This document shows positions 24,366 to 35,948 of a stretch of 64,000 nt of DNA, in pieces. The stretch spans positions 3,045,797-3,109,796 of the forward strand of contig NC_057719.1 in NCBI RefSeq assembly GCF_004010195.1. The letters are read 5' to 3'. The notes beneath the pieces are model-generated. The model saw nothing but the letters and a program-made list of their open reading frames with translations, ran no database searches and was not told the DNA's origin. The number at the start of each line of letters is the position of its first letter. The stretch's first letter is position 1. Source of the stretch: Chiloscyllium plagiosum. Taxonomy: Eukaryota. The translations under genes were made by a program, and so were the position numbers.

Positions 24366-24829
24366 CTTAGTGACTACATAGTTAGTAAAACTGACAAAAG
24401 CCTTCTTAAGGTCAAAACGTGGAATTAAAGGTACTGGTTGAGCTTATTGTTTCCTGGTGTGAGGCACAGTTTCAAGATGAGCTGAACATGTTTCCGAAGG
24501 GAGCTGGCAGGATCTGCATTCAGCCGTAACCTGTAACTTGGTAATCGGAACTAGATATGTCTCCACAGTAATGACAACCGCTCCTTGGAGTCATTGTGAA
24601 AAGAGTTTTGTTCCATGATTAACAGGCTGTGCTCTCCTTTGATTTGACAGTACCAACATAAGCTAATTCTCCACTGAAATGGTGTGGACACAATGTCAAA
24701 TTTTGAGTAACTACAGTACACAGACATATGACAGACACCATTAAAATTAGCCTTACAACATCTCAGATGAAATAATTGCAGCAAAGCAGGGAGGTATTAA
24801 CTCTCTAACTGCTTTACTTCCAAACATTC

Positions 24830-25390
24830 AGTTACAGAGGCTTACAGCAAGGAAACAGGCCCTTTGGACCAACTTGTCCATGCCACCCAGTTTTCACAAT
24901 TAATGTAGTCCCATTGGCCTGTGTTTGGTCCATATCCCTCCACACCTAGCCCATCCATATACCTGTTCAAATGTTTTTTAAATGACAAAATTGTACTCAC
25001 CTCCACCATTACCTCTGGCATCCCATTCCAGACACTCACCGCCCACCGAGTGAACAATTTGCTTCTCTGGACCCTTGTCTATCTCTCTCCTCTCAACTTA
25101 AACCTATGCCCTATAATTTTAGACTTCCCTACTGTAGGGTCAAGCTGTTGGCAATCTACTGTATCTATGCCTTTTATGATTTTATAGACCTCTATAAGGT
25201 CACCCCTTAGTCTCCAGTGCTACAGGGAAAGAAATCCCAGCCTGTCCAACCTCTCCTTTTTCCCCAGACCTTAAGTTCAGGTAGCATCCTAGTAAATCTT
25301 CTATGCACTCTTCCTAGTTTAATAATATCCTTCCTACAGTAGGGTGACCAGACTTGCACGCAATACGGCAAATGTGGCATCACCAATACT
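24830..25390 (-). mobile_element. CR1 (HER1-like) 3' fragment
   Basis: ORF 24842-25057 FTRWAVSVWNGMPEVMVE..FKKHLNRYM. Confidence 0.88.
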
Positions 25391-25900
25391 TTAAGCAGTT
25401 CTAAATTTTTGTGTTGGGAAATTCATTCGGCAAGGGTCTTGTCTGTCCTTATACAGAAGTGATTGATGTACAGCAAGATTACACAAGCAATAATATGGAA
25501 TGTGACCAGTTGATATGCTTCAATGTTGTTGGTTGAGGGATAAATACTGCCCAGGGACTGTCTTCCTTGCTCTTCTTCAAAAAATGTTGCAGGACCTTTC
25601 ATCTCTGCCTTGAGAGGGGAGGTACTATCTCAGGTTAATATATCTTGTCTGAGGGTCAGCAGTCTCTCAATCCTGCACAACAAATGCCAGCCTGGATTTT
25701 CAGCCTAAGCACCTTTGTATTCTTTGATCTATTATGGGGCAACTGATTGAAGACTATTTGAAACCTAGATAACCTACATTTACAATATTATCACATTGTT
25801 TACTCTCTCTGTTACACAAAGAGTCTCCTCCTGTTTCATCTGCCTCAGTCCAACCTTTCAATGTATCACTCTCCACACTTTTATCTCATGGACTCACCTT

Positions 25901-25940
25901 GAGTTCTGAAGACAGGTGACCCGACCTGAAACGTTAACTC
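25901..25940 (+). ncRNA. Minimal hammerhead motif (family C) within a terminal-repeat fragment at about 25900-25990
   Basis: gagtt-CTGAAGA-C-AGGT-GACCCG-ACCT-GAAAC-GTT-aactc with a 5-bp stem I. Confidence 0.7.
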
Positions 25941-25999
25941 TGTTTCTCTCTCCACAGATGATGCCAGACCTGCTGAGTTTCTCCAGCAGTTCCTCATCG

Positions 26000-27120
26000 A
26001 ATCATAGAGTCCTCATAGAGCACAGTGACAGGCGCTTTGGCCCAAACAGGTCCATGCCAACCAAAATGTCTATCAATGCTAACCCCATTTCCCTGCACTT
26101 GGTCCACATCCTCCTAAACCTATCCTATCCATGTATTTGCCCAAATGCCTTTTAAATGTTGTTAATGTACCCACCTCAACCACTTCCATTGGCAGTTCAT
26201 TCCATATGTATACCACCCTCTGTGTAAAAATATTGCCCTCAGGTTCCCTTTTATTCTTTCCCCCCAACCTTAAACTAATGCCTTCTAGTCCGCAATTCCC
26301 CAATCCTAGGAAAAAGACTGAGTGCATTAACCCTATCCATGTCTTACATGATCTTATACATCTCTATGGGGTACCCCCCGGGTCCTACGCTCTAAAGAAG
26401 AAAGTCCTAGCTTGTCCAACTTCTCCCTATAACTCAGACCATTGAGTCCAAGCAACATCCTTGTAAATTTCTTCTGCAGTCTTTCCAGTTTATTAACATC
26501 CTTCCTATAGCAAGATGATGAAAATTGAACACAGTACTCCCAAGTGCAGCCTCAACAACATCCTGTATAACTGCAATATAATTTCCCAATGTCTATACTC
26601 AATGCCCTGACTGATGAAGGCCAGTGTCCCAAAAGCCGCCTTCACTGTCCTGTCTACCGGTGACTCCACTTTCAGGTTATCGTGCACCTGAATCTCAATG
26701 TCCCTCTGTTTCACTACACTCCTTAAGGCCCTACCCGTTGCTAACGATGATGCAAAAATATCAGCCAAGGCCCCAGAAATTTCTTCTCTAGCCTCTTGCA
26801 GTGTTCTTGGATATATCTGGTCTGGACTAGGAGATTTATCCACCTTCATATATTCTAATATATCCAACATCTCCTCTACTGAGATATGGACTGTCCCCAA
26901 GATATGACCACTAACTTCCCCAAGTTCTCAATTCTTAACGTCTTTCTTCACGGTAAACCCATCTCCTGCAGTCCTACACATACATGTCTACTTTGATCTT
27001 TAATGGGTCCTATTTCCTCTCTCATTATTCTTTTTCCTTTAATATATTGAAAGAGCTCTTTGGATTCACCCTGATCTTCTCAGCCAAGGCTATCTCATGT
27101 GTTGCTTTCATATTCCTGTT
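26000..27120 (-). mobile_element. CR1 LINE fragment, internally deleted
   Basis: ORF 26505-26900 KVDKSPSPDQIYPRTL fused to QRDIEIQVH..FISQGIEYR; ORF 26079-26327 FTQRVVYIWNELP. Confidence 0.88.
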
Positions 27121-27419
27121 TTTAGATTAGATTAGATTACCTACAGTGTGGAAACAGGCCTTCGGCCCAACAAGTCCACACCGACCCTCCGAAGAGCAAC
27201 CCACCCTTCACCTAACACTATGAGCAATTTAGCATGGCCAATTCACCTGACCTGCATATTTTTGGACTGTGGGAGGAAACCGGAGCACCCGGAGGAAACC
27301 CACGCAGACACGGGGAGAATGTGCAAACTCCACACAGACAGTTGCCTAAGGCGGGCATTGAACCTGGGTCTCTGGCACTGTGAGGCAGCAGTGCTAACCA
27401 CTGTGCCACCGTGCCACCC
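27121..27419 (-). mobile_element. HE1-type V-SINE
   Basis: A box TGGCACAGTGG, B box GGTTCAATGCC, V-domain, (TTAGA)n tail on the + strand. Confidence 0.93.
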
Positions 27420-27633
27420 ACTTTTTAAAAATATCTTGTGTCTCTCCTTCCTTCATTTACTCCCTGCTTCAGTCCCATCCTTAGATTAGATTGGATTTGT
27501 TTTTGTTCACCTTTAGTTTTCTGCTCAAAGTGAGCCTGACCCCTAGCACCATGACTTCTGGCATGGCTAGGGTGAGGAGATAGGTCCCAAATCCAGCCCA
27601 GCCTGAAAGGGGGTCAACCCCATTCTATTGGCA

Positions 27634-27778
27634 ACCCTACTGCGAATCCTCTTGCAAGGATGCCTGCCTTGAAGAAGTTTTTCCTCCTCTCTCTACAAGA
27701 TTTTGCCTGTCCTCGGATTTTGCCTGTCCTCGGATGCTGCCTGAACTGTTGTGCTCTTCCAGCATCACTAATCCAGAA
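27634..27778 (+). mobile_element. Family B Penelope-derived rearranged fragment
   Basis: CGGATGCTGCCTGAACTGTTGTGCTCTTCCAGCA; 15-bp TSD CCCATTCTATTGGCA at 27619-27633 and 27779-27793; internal GATTTTGCCTGTCCTCG repeated twice. Confidence 0.75.
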
Positions 27779-29559
27779 CCCATTCTATTGGCACCAATCT
27801 GACCCATATTGGCTATCATTCTGGCCAACTGAAGCTACAGAGTGTACAAGGATTCCAAGTTGCTGTGGCAATGTATACTTTTACAAGCATGGCATACCTT
27901 GGAGCTATGCATAATAATGGTAGAGGTGCCAGTCTTCTATTATCATGTGGCTGACCAGGAATTTCCCCAGCTGTTACATCGGTGTGTGTTGAGAGATTTG
28001 CAGGTTAATGCTCAGTCTATTTCGCGATATCATGAGCACTCATTCCATGGTCATCCGGTCTTGGATTGGGACCTGAAACTGCAACATCCCTGAGCTACAA
28101 GATCTCCACCCACACAACCAGGTTCCTTTAAAACCCAGGTCAGCTATTTGTCTCTTGTGTAACAAGCTCCACATTCTAATCACTCTCAGAGTAAATATGT
28201 GTACTTTCCCAATTGGACTTGTTAGGAATTAACTTAGTTTCTAAATTTGATTTCTCTCAAGTGGAATCTATCTCTCCAAACTGACTGTGTCAATCCATTC
28301 ATAATTTTAAAGATGTCCACCAGGCCACTTGCCTTGCCGGACGATGCCTTTGATGCTGAAACAGGCAGCTTCTTCCTAGCAGTATTTGGATCTTTGGTCA
28401 TTCCTTCTTGGTGGTTACTTCCTTGGAGTTGTATGCATCACAGCTTCAAAATGTGTCAGCAGGTTATTTTCCTTAAACTCACATGTGAAACATGGCATTA
28501 CTGGCTGAGTCAGCATTTATTGCCCGCTCCTAGTTGCCCTTGAAGAGGAGGTGGTGCTGAGTTGCCTTCTTGAAGTCCACATGCTGTCGGCAGACTCACA
28601 GTACAAATTAGAAAGGGAATTCCAGAATTTTAACACTGAAAGAATGACAATACATATCTAAGTCAGAGTGGTGGTTACCATGTTGACTCTCTCCTGAACC
28701 CTCAGTGTCTGCATTATTAATAAAATCAACATGTTCACATGTTCAGTTCCACTCATCAAGATGATTTGGTATAATCTCTGTTACAGTTACTAATGACTTA
28801 TCTTTGGAAAATAAGCAAGAAGAATATTCTGTTTGAACTTGCCTCATCCAAGTCAACTCAGCATCTAACGCCAGTCATGGTTTACCAGGCTGTGTGGCAC
28901 TCCAGGTTATATCAAGTATAGATTTGTTACTTGGCTTAAGTGGGTGTGTTTTTCATTGACAATGGATAGAATCTTACAGAGTCTCAAGTGACAACTTTGG
29001 TACAATTAAATGAGAAGCCCAGTGAGGCCATTTTCAATGTCAGCAGGAACTCATTGCATTTTCCAAAATATTCCGGCTATTGAGACGACATTCTGGCTAG
29101 AGATCAGCATGAGGCCTGTTGTTGAGGATTGTTATCGCCACCATTAACTGCATACCTCATGTCAATAATATGCAGCTTCCCATTATACCATTTATCAGGC
29201 AGGGACTAGACACTGATAACCCCTGACTGGAAGGTCACAGTGAGGATCTGGAGACTCCAGCTTGATACTTGCTCCTCTCGACCTCCAAATTGGACATCGA
29301 CCACCACCATCCCAGGACGACCTGGCAGGGCAGTGGTTGCGTCTATCCGCTTTTCCGAGTTGCTGGCATCTGACAGCCTCTCCACACCTTCTCGGCAATC
29401 TCTGAGGCACTTGCACAATATTGCTGCATCTCAAAGCTGCATGTTGAAGCACACGTGCAACCTTCATCAAAATAGTGCCGCATGGACACTTTATACATAC
29501 AAGATCAAGCAGCTAGCTCAGAGATCAAACCAGGCTGCAGCTCAGGGCAGCTCATAGAC

Positions 29560-30075
29560 TCATGAAAAATGGGAATAGAAGGAAGCCATTCAGCCCTTAT
29601 ATGTTCTGCCGGAGGGTCACCGGAACCCAAATGTTAACTCCGCTTTCTCTCAACAAATGCTGCCAGACCTGCTGAGTTTTTCCAGCATTTCCTGATTTTG
29701 ATCCAAATCGATAGCCTGTTCCTGCCTTTCCATCATATCCTTTGATCCCTTTAGCCCCAAGTACTATACCAACTTTTTCCTGAAATCATATAATGTTTGG
29801 GTCTTGACTGCCTTCTGTCATAGTGAATTCCACAGGCTCACCATTCTCTGGGTGAAGATATTTCTCCTCATCGCCGTCCAAAATGTTTTATCCCATATTC
29901 TTATACTGTGACCCCTGGATCCAGACTCCCCAGTTATCAGGAATGTCCTTCCTTCATTTATGCTATCTAGTCCTGATAGACTTGATTAATTTCCACTCAT
30001 TCTTTTCAACTCCAGTGAATATAATACTAAGCAACTCAAGCTCTCCTGATACATCAGTTCCCCCCAGTCCCAGGA
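29560..30075 (-). mobile_element. Old CR1 3' fragment with a family C insert (about 29603-29705)
   Basis: GAATTCCACAGGCTCACCATTCTCTGGGTGAAGATATTTCTCCTC (CR1 minus strand); insert TGTTAACTCCGCTTTCTCTC..TGCTGCCAGACCTGCTGAG. Confidence 0.75.
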
Positions 30076-31039
30076 AGCAGTCTGTTTCCTTAGCTCTCAT
30101 ACACTGAGCACCTACCTGCCTGCAACATCTCTGCCTCATATATCTTGCCTTCTTGCACTCTGCCTCCCTCAACCAGAGCCTAAGGGCTCATCTTTCTGGT
30201 GTATGCTGTGTTCTTTAGCTTTGACACAGCACCAGGCGGCTTGTCATTGTTGTTAGCAGCCAGCAGTCAAGGGGGTGCACATTTCCTCTCTGACACATTG
30301 CTGCCAATGCCAGCACTATGTGCCAGTCCTGTGCACAGCACATACACCACATGTGCTGTAAGCAAATGGCCTTGTTGCAAATTCGTGGGAGACCAGTCTT
30401 GACTGATGCCCAGGGAGCTACCCTCAGATAGGTAGTCCCAGCAAAGTTACATGAGTGCAGTCTGCCATATCAGTCCATCAGGCTTCCAGTCAGGGCACTT
30501 AGTTAGGGACTTAGGACCTCTTCAATCCTGGGGAACGAGTCACAGTCAGCAACTGGGGACTGGCAATAAATGCTGTTCTAGTCAGTGAGACCCTCAGTCC
30601 ATGAATGAATAAAAATACTCTGTCTTAATGCTGTCCCTGGGTCTGCAGCTGGGGGGGGAGGGAACTGTCTTACAGTCCATCCCATTGGGATTGGAGCTAT
30701 GCTGTCCTGACCTTGGGAACGTTCGGTGTCAAGAGGGTTGAAACATGTTGAATGTGTCCTTCCCAGAGGCAAAATGCATTCTCCTTGGTCTGCAATCCCA
30801 AAGGGTGGAGAAAGGCTGAGGCAGGAAGGGAGGGGTAGAAGGGATGACCCTTCTGGAGACTGCTGGTGACCTGGAGGTGATCCATCCTCTGGCTGGTATC
30901 ACCCTGTTCCCTTGTGAAGAAGGGGCACCCAGAGTGAGTTAAAGCTGTCCTGTCCCTTCGTCAAATTACCACTGGCCTGGAGACCAATGACCCGGTGATG
31001 GAGTGTACACCCGTAGGCACAGCCATTAGATTCTAAAAC

Positions 31040-31320
31040 TGCTGGAACAGAAATTAAAATTCTTGGAGAAACTCAGCAGATCTGACAGCATCCAGGGGAA
31101 TAAAAGCAGAGTTAATATTTCCAGTCTCGGTGACTCTTCATCAGAACTGTTAGCAGCTAGGAAAACATGGTACTTATGTAGAAGACAAAGTCGGGGGGAT
31201 GAAGTGGGTGAAGGAAGAGGTAGCGATAGAACCCAGAGAGAGAGAGAGAGATGGAAGGGGTCGGTAAACAAGCAGATTATGGAAACCAGGCCAGGACAAG
31301 ACAAGCTGAATAAGTGATGA
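31040..31320 (-). mobile_element. Family C terminal repeat with a degenerate hammerhead
   Basis: Minus strand agtt-CTGATGA-A-GAGTC-ACCGA-GACTG-GAAAT-ATT-aact at about 31110-31148. Confidence 0.7.
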
Positions 31321-31339
31321 TTAGAGGTTAGAGTAGGAG

Positions 31340-31860
31340 CTTGAATGCACTCAAAACCCTCCACAGCCTTCTGCAGCAATGATTCATCACCCTCTGGCTG
31401 AAGAAATTCCTCTTCATCTCAGTACTAAAGGGTTCTCCCTTCACTCTGAGGCTGTACCCTCGGGTCCTAGTCTCTCCTACTGATGGAAACACCTTCTCCA
31501 TGTGCATTCTATCCAGGCCCCTCAGTATTCTGAGGAAGGATCACTCATCCTGATACGTTAACTCTGATCTCTCTCCACAGATGCTGCTGGATCTGCTGAG
31601 CTTTTCCAGGAATTTCAGTTTTTATTTCTGATTTACAGCTTCCATAGTTCTTTCCGTTCTTATTCTCTCAGTATTCTGTGAGTTGCAATCAGATCCACTC
31701 GCCAACCCTCCCCCCCACCACCTCACCTTCTAAACCCCATTGAGTACAGACTCAAATGCTCCTCATATGACAAGCCCTTCATCCCCGAGATCATTCTTAT
31801 CATCCTCCTCTGGACTCCCTCCAACACCAGCACATCTTCCCTCAGATACGGGGATCCAAC
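31340..31860 (-). mobile_element. CR1 3' fragment with a family C insert (31533-31666); resumes at about 32818-32885 after a nested Rex element
   Basis: SPYLREDVLVLEGVQRR..MKGLSYEE; insert TSD CTCAGTATTCTG at 31521-31532 and 31667-31678. Confidence 0.85.
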
Positions 31861-32817
31861 AACCAGACTTCCCACATTGATGCAACGGTCAAGACAGCAC
31901 AACAACTGCCTCTTCCTCAGGCAGCTCAGGAAATTCCGCATGTCTATAAGGATCCTCAGCAACATTTACAGATGCACCATCGAGAGCATACTGTCTGGGT
32001 GCATCATGGCCTGGTACAGCAACTGCTCTGCCCAGGGCCGTAAGGAACTACAGAAGGCAGTGTGCACAGCCCAGACCATCCCGGAAGCCAACCTCCCACC
32101 CATGGACTCCATTTACACTTGTCGTTGCCATGGAAAGGCTGCCAACAGCATCAAAGACCCCTCCCACCCTGGTAATGATCTCTGACAGCCTCTTCCATCA
32201 GGTAGAACATGCAGGAGCTTGAAGACATGCTCCAACAGGTTCAAGAGCACTTCTTCCCTGCTGTTATTAGACTGATGAACAGACTCTCTAACTTCAAATA
32301 ATGTTGATCTTGTCTAGTGCACACTTTGTGTGACATAATCTGTATGCCTCTAACTTTTTCACCCTATGATCTGTATGTCCTTGTTTACTATGATCTGCCT
32401 GTATTGCTTGTTAACCAAGCTTTTTGCTACCTTGGTAGAATTATAGAATCCCTACAGTGTGGAAATCGGCCATTTGGCTGAACAAGTCCACACCGACCCT
32501 CCGAAGAATATCCCACCCTAACCCATTCCCCTACTACTCTACATTTACCCCTGACTAATGCACCTAACCTACACATCCCTGGACACTGTGAGCAATTTAG
32601 TATAGCCAGTTCACCAAACCTGCACATCATTGGACTGTGGGAGGAAACTGTAGCACCCAGAGAAAACCCACGCAGACATGGGGAGAGTGTACAAACTCCA
32701 TACAGACAGTTGCCCAAGGCTGGGATGGAACCCGGGTCCCTGGCACTGTGAGGCAGCAGTGCTAATCACGGAGCCACCGTGCCAGGTACACATGACAAGA
32801 AATCAAATCAAATCAAA
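31861..32817 (+). mobile_element. Rex1/Babar LINE 3' fragment with an HE1 SINE inserted in its tail
   Basis: ORF 31877-32185 LFLRQLRKF..YRCTIESILSGCIMAWYSNCS..IKDPSHPG; (AAATC)n tail ends at 32817. Confidence 0.9.
32437..32784 (-). mobile_element. HE1-type V-SINE
   Basis: tRNA-like head, V-domain and HER1-like tail. Confidence 0.9.
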
Positions 32818-32913
32818 ACTGCTACATTCCAAATGTAGTCTGACCAGAGCCTTTTACAACCTCAGCAGTACATCTCTGCTGTTTTCCTCACTGCTGACAG
32901 TTCTGATGAACAG

Positions 32914-33031
32914 GGCTGAAAATGTGTTGCTGGAAAAGCGCAGCAGGTCAGGCAGCATCCAAGGAACAGGAGAATCGACGTTTCGGGCATAAGCCCTTCT
33001 TCAGGAATGAGGAAAGTGTGTCCAGCAGGCT
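32914..33031 (-). mobile_element. Family B terminal repeat with an intact hammerhead motif (32977-33004)
   Basis: Minus strand CTGAAGA-A-GGGC-TTAT-GCCC-GAAAC-GTC; 14-bp TSD GTTCTGATGAACAG at 32900-32913 and 33032-33045. Confidence 0.9.
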
Positions 33032-33963
33032 GTTCTGATGAACAGTCAGTTAACTCTGCTTTCTCTCCACTGATACTGCCAGACCTGTTGAGTTTCTCCA
33101 GCAATTTCAGTTGTCCAGCAGCTGCAACTCTGTTTTATTATCGGAGGGGTCTGCCCTTCGCTCTTCATGGCAGCTACTGAGCTGTCCAGGGAGGCAGTCA
33201 GATAGTCACTTGCCTGAGGCAGTAGTGTGTCCAGGGTCTGGCAGTATTCCAGCTGTCAGTACACTACCCGACTGATGACCCTACTGCCCCAATGCCTGTT
33301 TGTGAATTTGTATGAAATCGCAACTGGCCGGCTAAGCAGGTATCCAGTCTCCGACCATCCTCTGAATATCAGTGACACAGAATGTTTCCTCCTCTACCAG
33401 CCGTGGAGACTAGGTAGTGAACTGCTCTTGAGCAGTTGATGTAGCTGTATTAGTAAGCGAACTGTCAGGATTTTAACTGTGGAGATGTACAGAGAGCTGT
33501 CTGTTTCCTCTGAGGGATCTGTGACTTCTTCTTCAGGATGTGTTTTGGTGACACTATTGTGCCCAGAGGTTTAATGATTTTGAGTTTGAAAGCTGATTTC
33601 CAATACCTGTACATGGGGTTAAAAAACAGCATGGAATGGATCACTGCTTGAGCCAGCATTTATTGCCATTCCTGATTGCTTTTGATTGGTGCTGAGTTGC
33701 CTTCTTGAACTGGTGCTGTTCATGTTGTAAAGGTGCCTAATCCAACAGTAGTGAAGGAACAGGGATACAGTTCCACATTGTGATGTTGACATGAACTGTA
33801 GGCCTTAAATTTAATCCACTGGTTGTGGGATTATTTAGCTTGGTCTATCACTAATGCTGCTCGACACGCAAGCAACCTTCTGTTGTAGCTTCACCAGGTT
33901 GGCATTTCATTTTTAGATATGCCTGGATCTCGTCCTGCAATGACTCCCTGCACTCTCCATTGA

Positions 33964-34154
33964 GCGTCCAAGGAACAGGAGAATCGACGTTTCGGGCATA
34001 AGCCCTTCTTCAGGAATCTTCAGATTCCTGAAGAAGGGCTTATGCCCGAAACGTCGATTCTCCTGTTCCTTGGATGCTGCCTGACCTGCTGCGCTTTTCC
34101 AGCAACACACTTTCAGCTCTGATCTCCAGCATCTGCAGTCCTCACTTTCTCCTC
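33964..34154. mobile_element. Family B foldback mini-element with intact hammerhead motifs on both strands
   Basis: Perfect 53-bp inverted arms 33967-34019 and 34022-34074; 14-bp TSD GCACTCTCCATTGA at 33950-33963 and 34155-34168. Confidence 0.92.
34028..34055 (+). ncRNA. Minimal type-I hammerhead ribozyme motif (family B); mirror copy on the minus strand at 33986-34013
   Basis: CTGAAGA-A-GGGC-TTAT-GCCC-GAAAC-GTC. Confidence 0.82.
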
Positions 34155-34592
34155 GCACTCTCCATTGAACCAAGATGGCTTACCTGGCTGGATATTAATG
34201 GTAAAGTTGGGGAGGGGTATGCCAGACCATAAAGTTGCAGATGATGGTTAAATGCAATTCTACTGATAATGATGACATACAGCAAATTGATTTTGAGTTG
34301 CTACATTTATATGAGGTCTATCCCATTTAACATCGTACAATGCCACATGCCATGATGGAGGGTATTCACAATGTGAAGACTGGACTCCGACTCTACAACC
34401 AGATGCAACTCGATCAGTAGTACTGCTGCCATATATTGAAATCCCCCAACCAGAGTATGTTTTGCACTCTTGATACCCTCAGTGCTTCCTCCAACCACAC
34501 ACCACCAGTGGCTTGCTCAGTCATGTCTGAGGGCTGTTGCGAGTGAAACATATTGCTGTGGGTCTGGAGTCACATGTAGGCCAGACCCAGTG

Positions 34593-34792
34593 ATTAGATT
34601 AGATTCCCTACAGTATGGGAAACAGGCCCTTCGGCCCAATCAGTCCACACCGACCCTCCGAAGAGCAACCCAACCAGACCCATTTCCCTCTGACTAATGC
34701 ACCTAACATTATGGGCAATCTAGCATGGCCAATTCACCCTAACCTGCACATCTTTGGACTGTGGGAGGAAACCGGAGCACCCGGAGGAAACC
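34593..34792 (-). mobile_element. HE1-type SINE, 3' part only
   Basis: (ATTAG)n tail through GGAGGAAACCGGAGCACCCGGAGGAAACC. Confidence 0.9.
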
Positions 34793-35067
34793 TGCCAGTG
34801 GGACAGGACATATCCGGAGATGGTGATGGTGGTGTCTGGGACACTGTCTGTAAGGTATGATCCTGTGAGTATGACTATGTCAGGCTGTTGCTTGACGAAT
34901 CTGTGAGACAGCTCTCACAATGTTGGCACCAGCCCCCAGATGTTAGCGAGAATGACAGTGACTCACAGATCTGCTTGAGTCAGTATCCCTTTGGAGCCTT
35001 GAGCAATGCTGGATCATCTGTTCCATTTCATTTCTCTTATTAGACTTTGTAGTGGCTTAATGCAATT

Positions 35068-35272
35068 CAGTGTGAGCTGCCAGAGGACGTGGTGGAGGCG
35101 TTTGCAATTACTACATTTAAAAGATATTTGGATAGGTACATGGATAGGAAAGGTTTTGAGGGGTATGGGCCAAAGGCAGGAAAATGGGACTAATTCAGTT
35201 TGGGAAAGCTGGTTGGCATGGACAATTTGGGCTGAAGGGCCTGTTTCTGTGCTGCATGCTTCTTTGATTCTA
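35068..35272 (+). mobile_element. CR1 (HER1-like) 3' end
   Basis: GAGCTGCCAGAGGACGTGGTGGAGG..GGGCTGAAGGGCCTGTTTCTGTGCTG. Confidence 0.85.
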
Positions 35273-35477
35273 TTAGTCTGGACAAAAAACGAGGTGATGT
35301 ATTTTGGACAATCAAATGTAGGGTCTAGGCAACTGCGTAGATCTTTAGTTAGGGCACTTTATAGAATATAGCTCACTGTTCTGATCACCATACACCACCA
35401 ATGACTTGCTCAGCCATATCTGAGGGCTGTTGTGAGTGTGCTGTGGGTCTGGAGTCACATGGAGGCCAGACCCAGTG

Positions 35478-35795
35478 ATTAGATTAGATTCCCTACAGTA
35501 TTGGAAACAGGCTCTTCAGCCCAACTAGTCCACACCGACTCTCCGAAGAGCAACCCACCCAGACCCATTTCCCTCTGACTAATGCACCTAACACTATGGG
35601 CAATTTAGCATGGCCAATTCACCTGACCTGCACATCTTTGGACTATGGGGAGAAACTGGAGCACCCAGAGGAAACCCACGCAGACACAGGGAGAATGTGC
35701 AAACTCCACACAGTCAGTCACCCGAGGCTGGAATCGAACCTGGGATCCTGGTGCTGTGAGGCAGCACTGTTAACCACTGAGCCACTATGCCGTCC
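35478..35795 (-). mobile_element. HE1-type V-SINE
   Basis: A box TGGCTCAGTGG, B box GGTTCGATTCC, V-domain. Confidence 0.92.
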
Positions 35796-35948
35796 ATGAA
35801 GGTTCCAATGGATCCTTCTTTTAGTGAACCTGATGAGTTTTTTTACAAACAAAAGAGACAATAGTTTCATTTTTACCATTAGACCAACTTCTAATTGTAG
35901 ACTTATTAATTGAATTGCACCACCTATCATGTGCCCCACAACATTACT

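Noticed and set aside
33964..34154. Interpretation as an integrated viroid-like or deltavirus-like replicon
   Set aside because: The sequence matches the terminal repeat attached to Penelope coding regions at 14948 and 62640, and it has a retrotransposition-type TSD; no direct-repeat monomer for circularisation is seen
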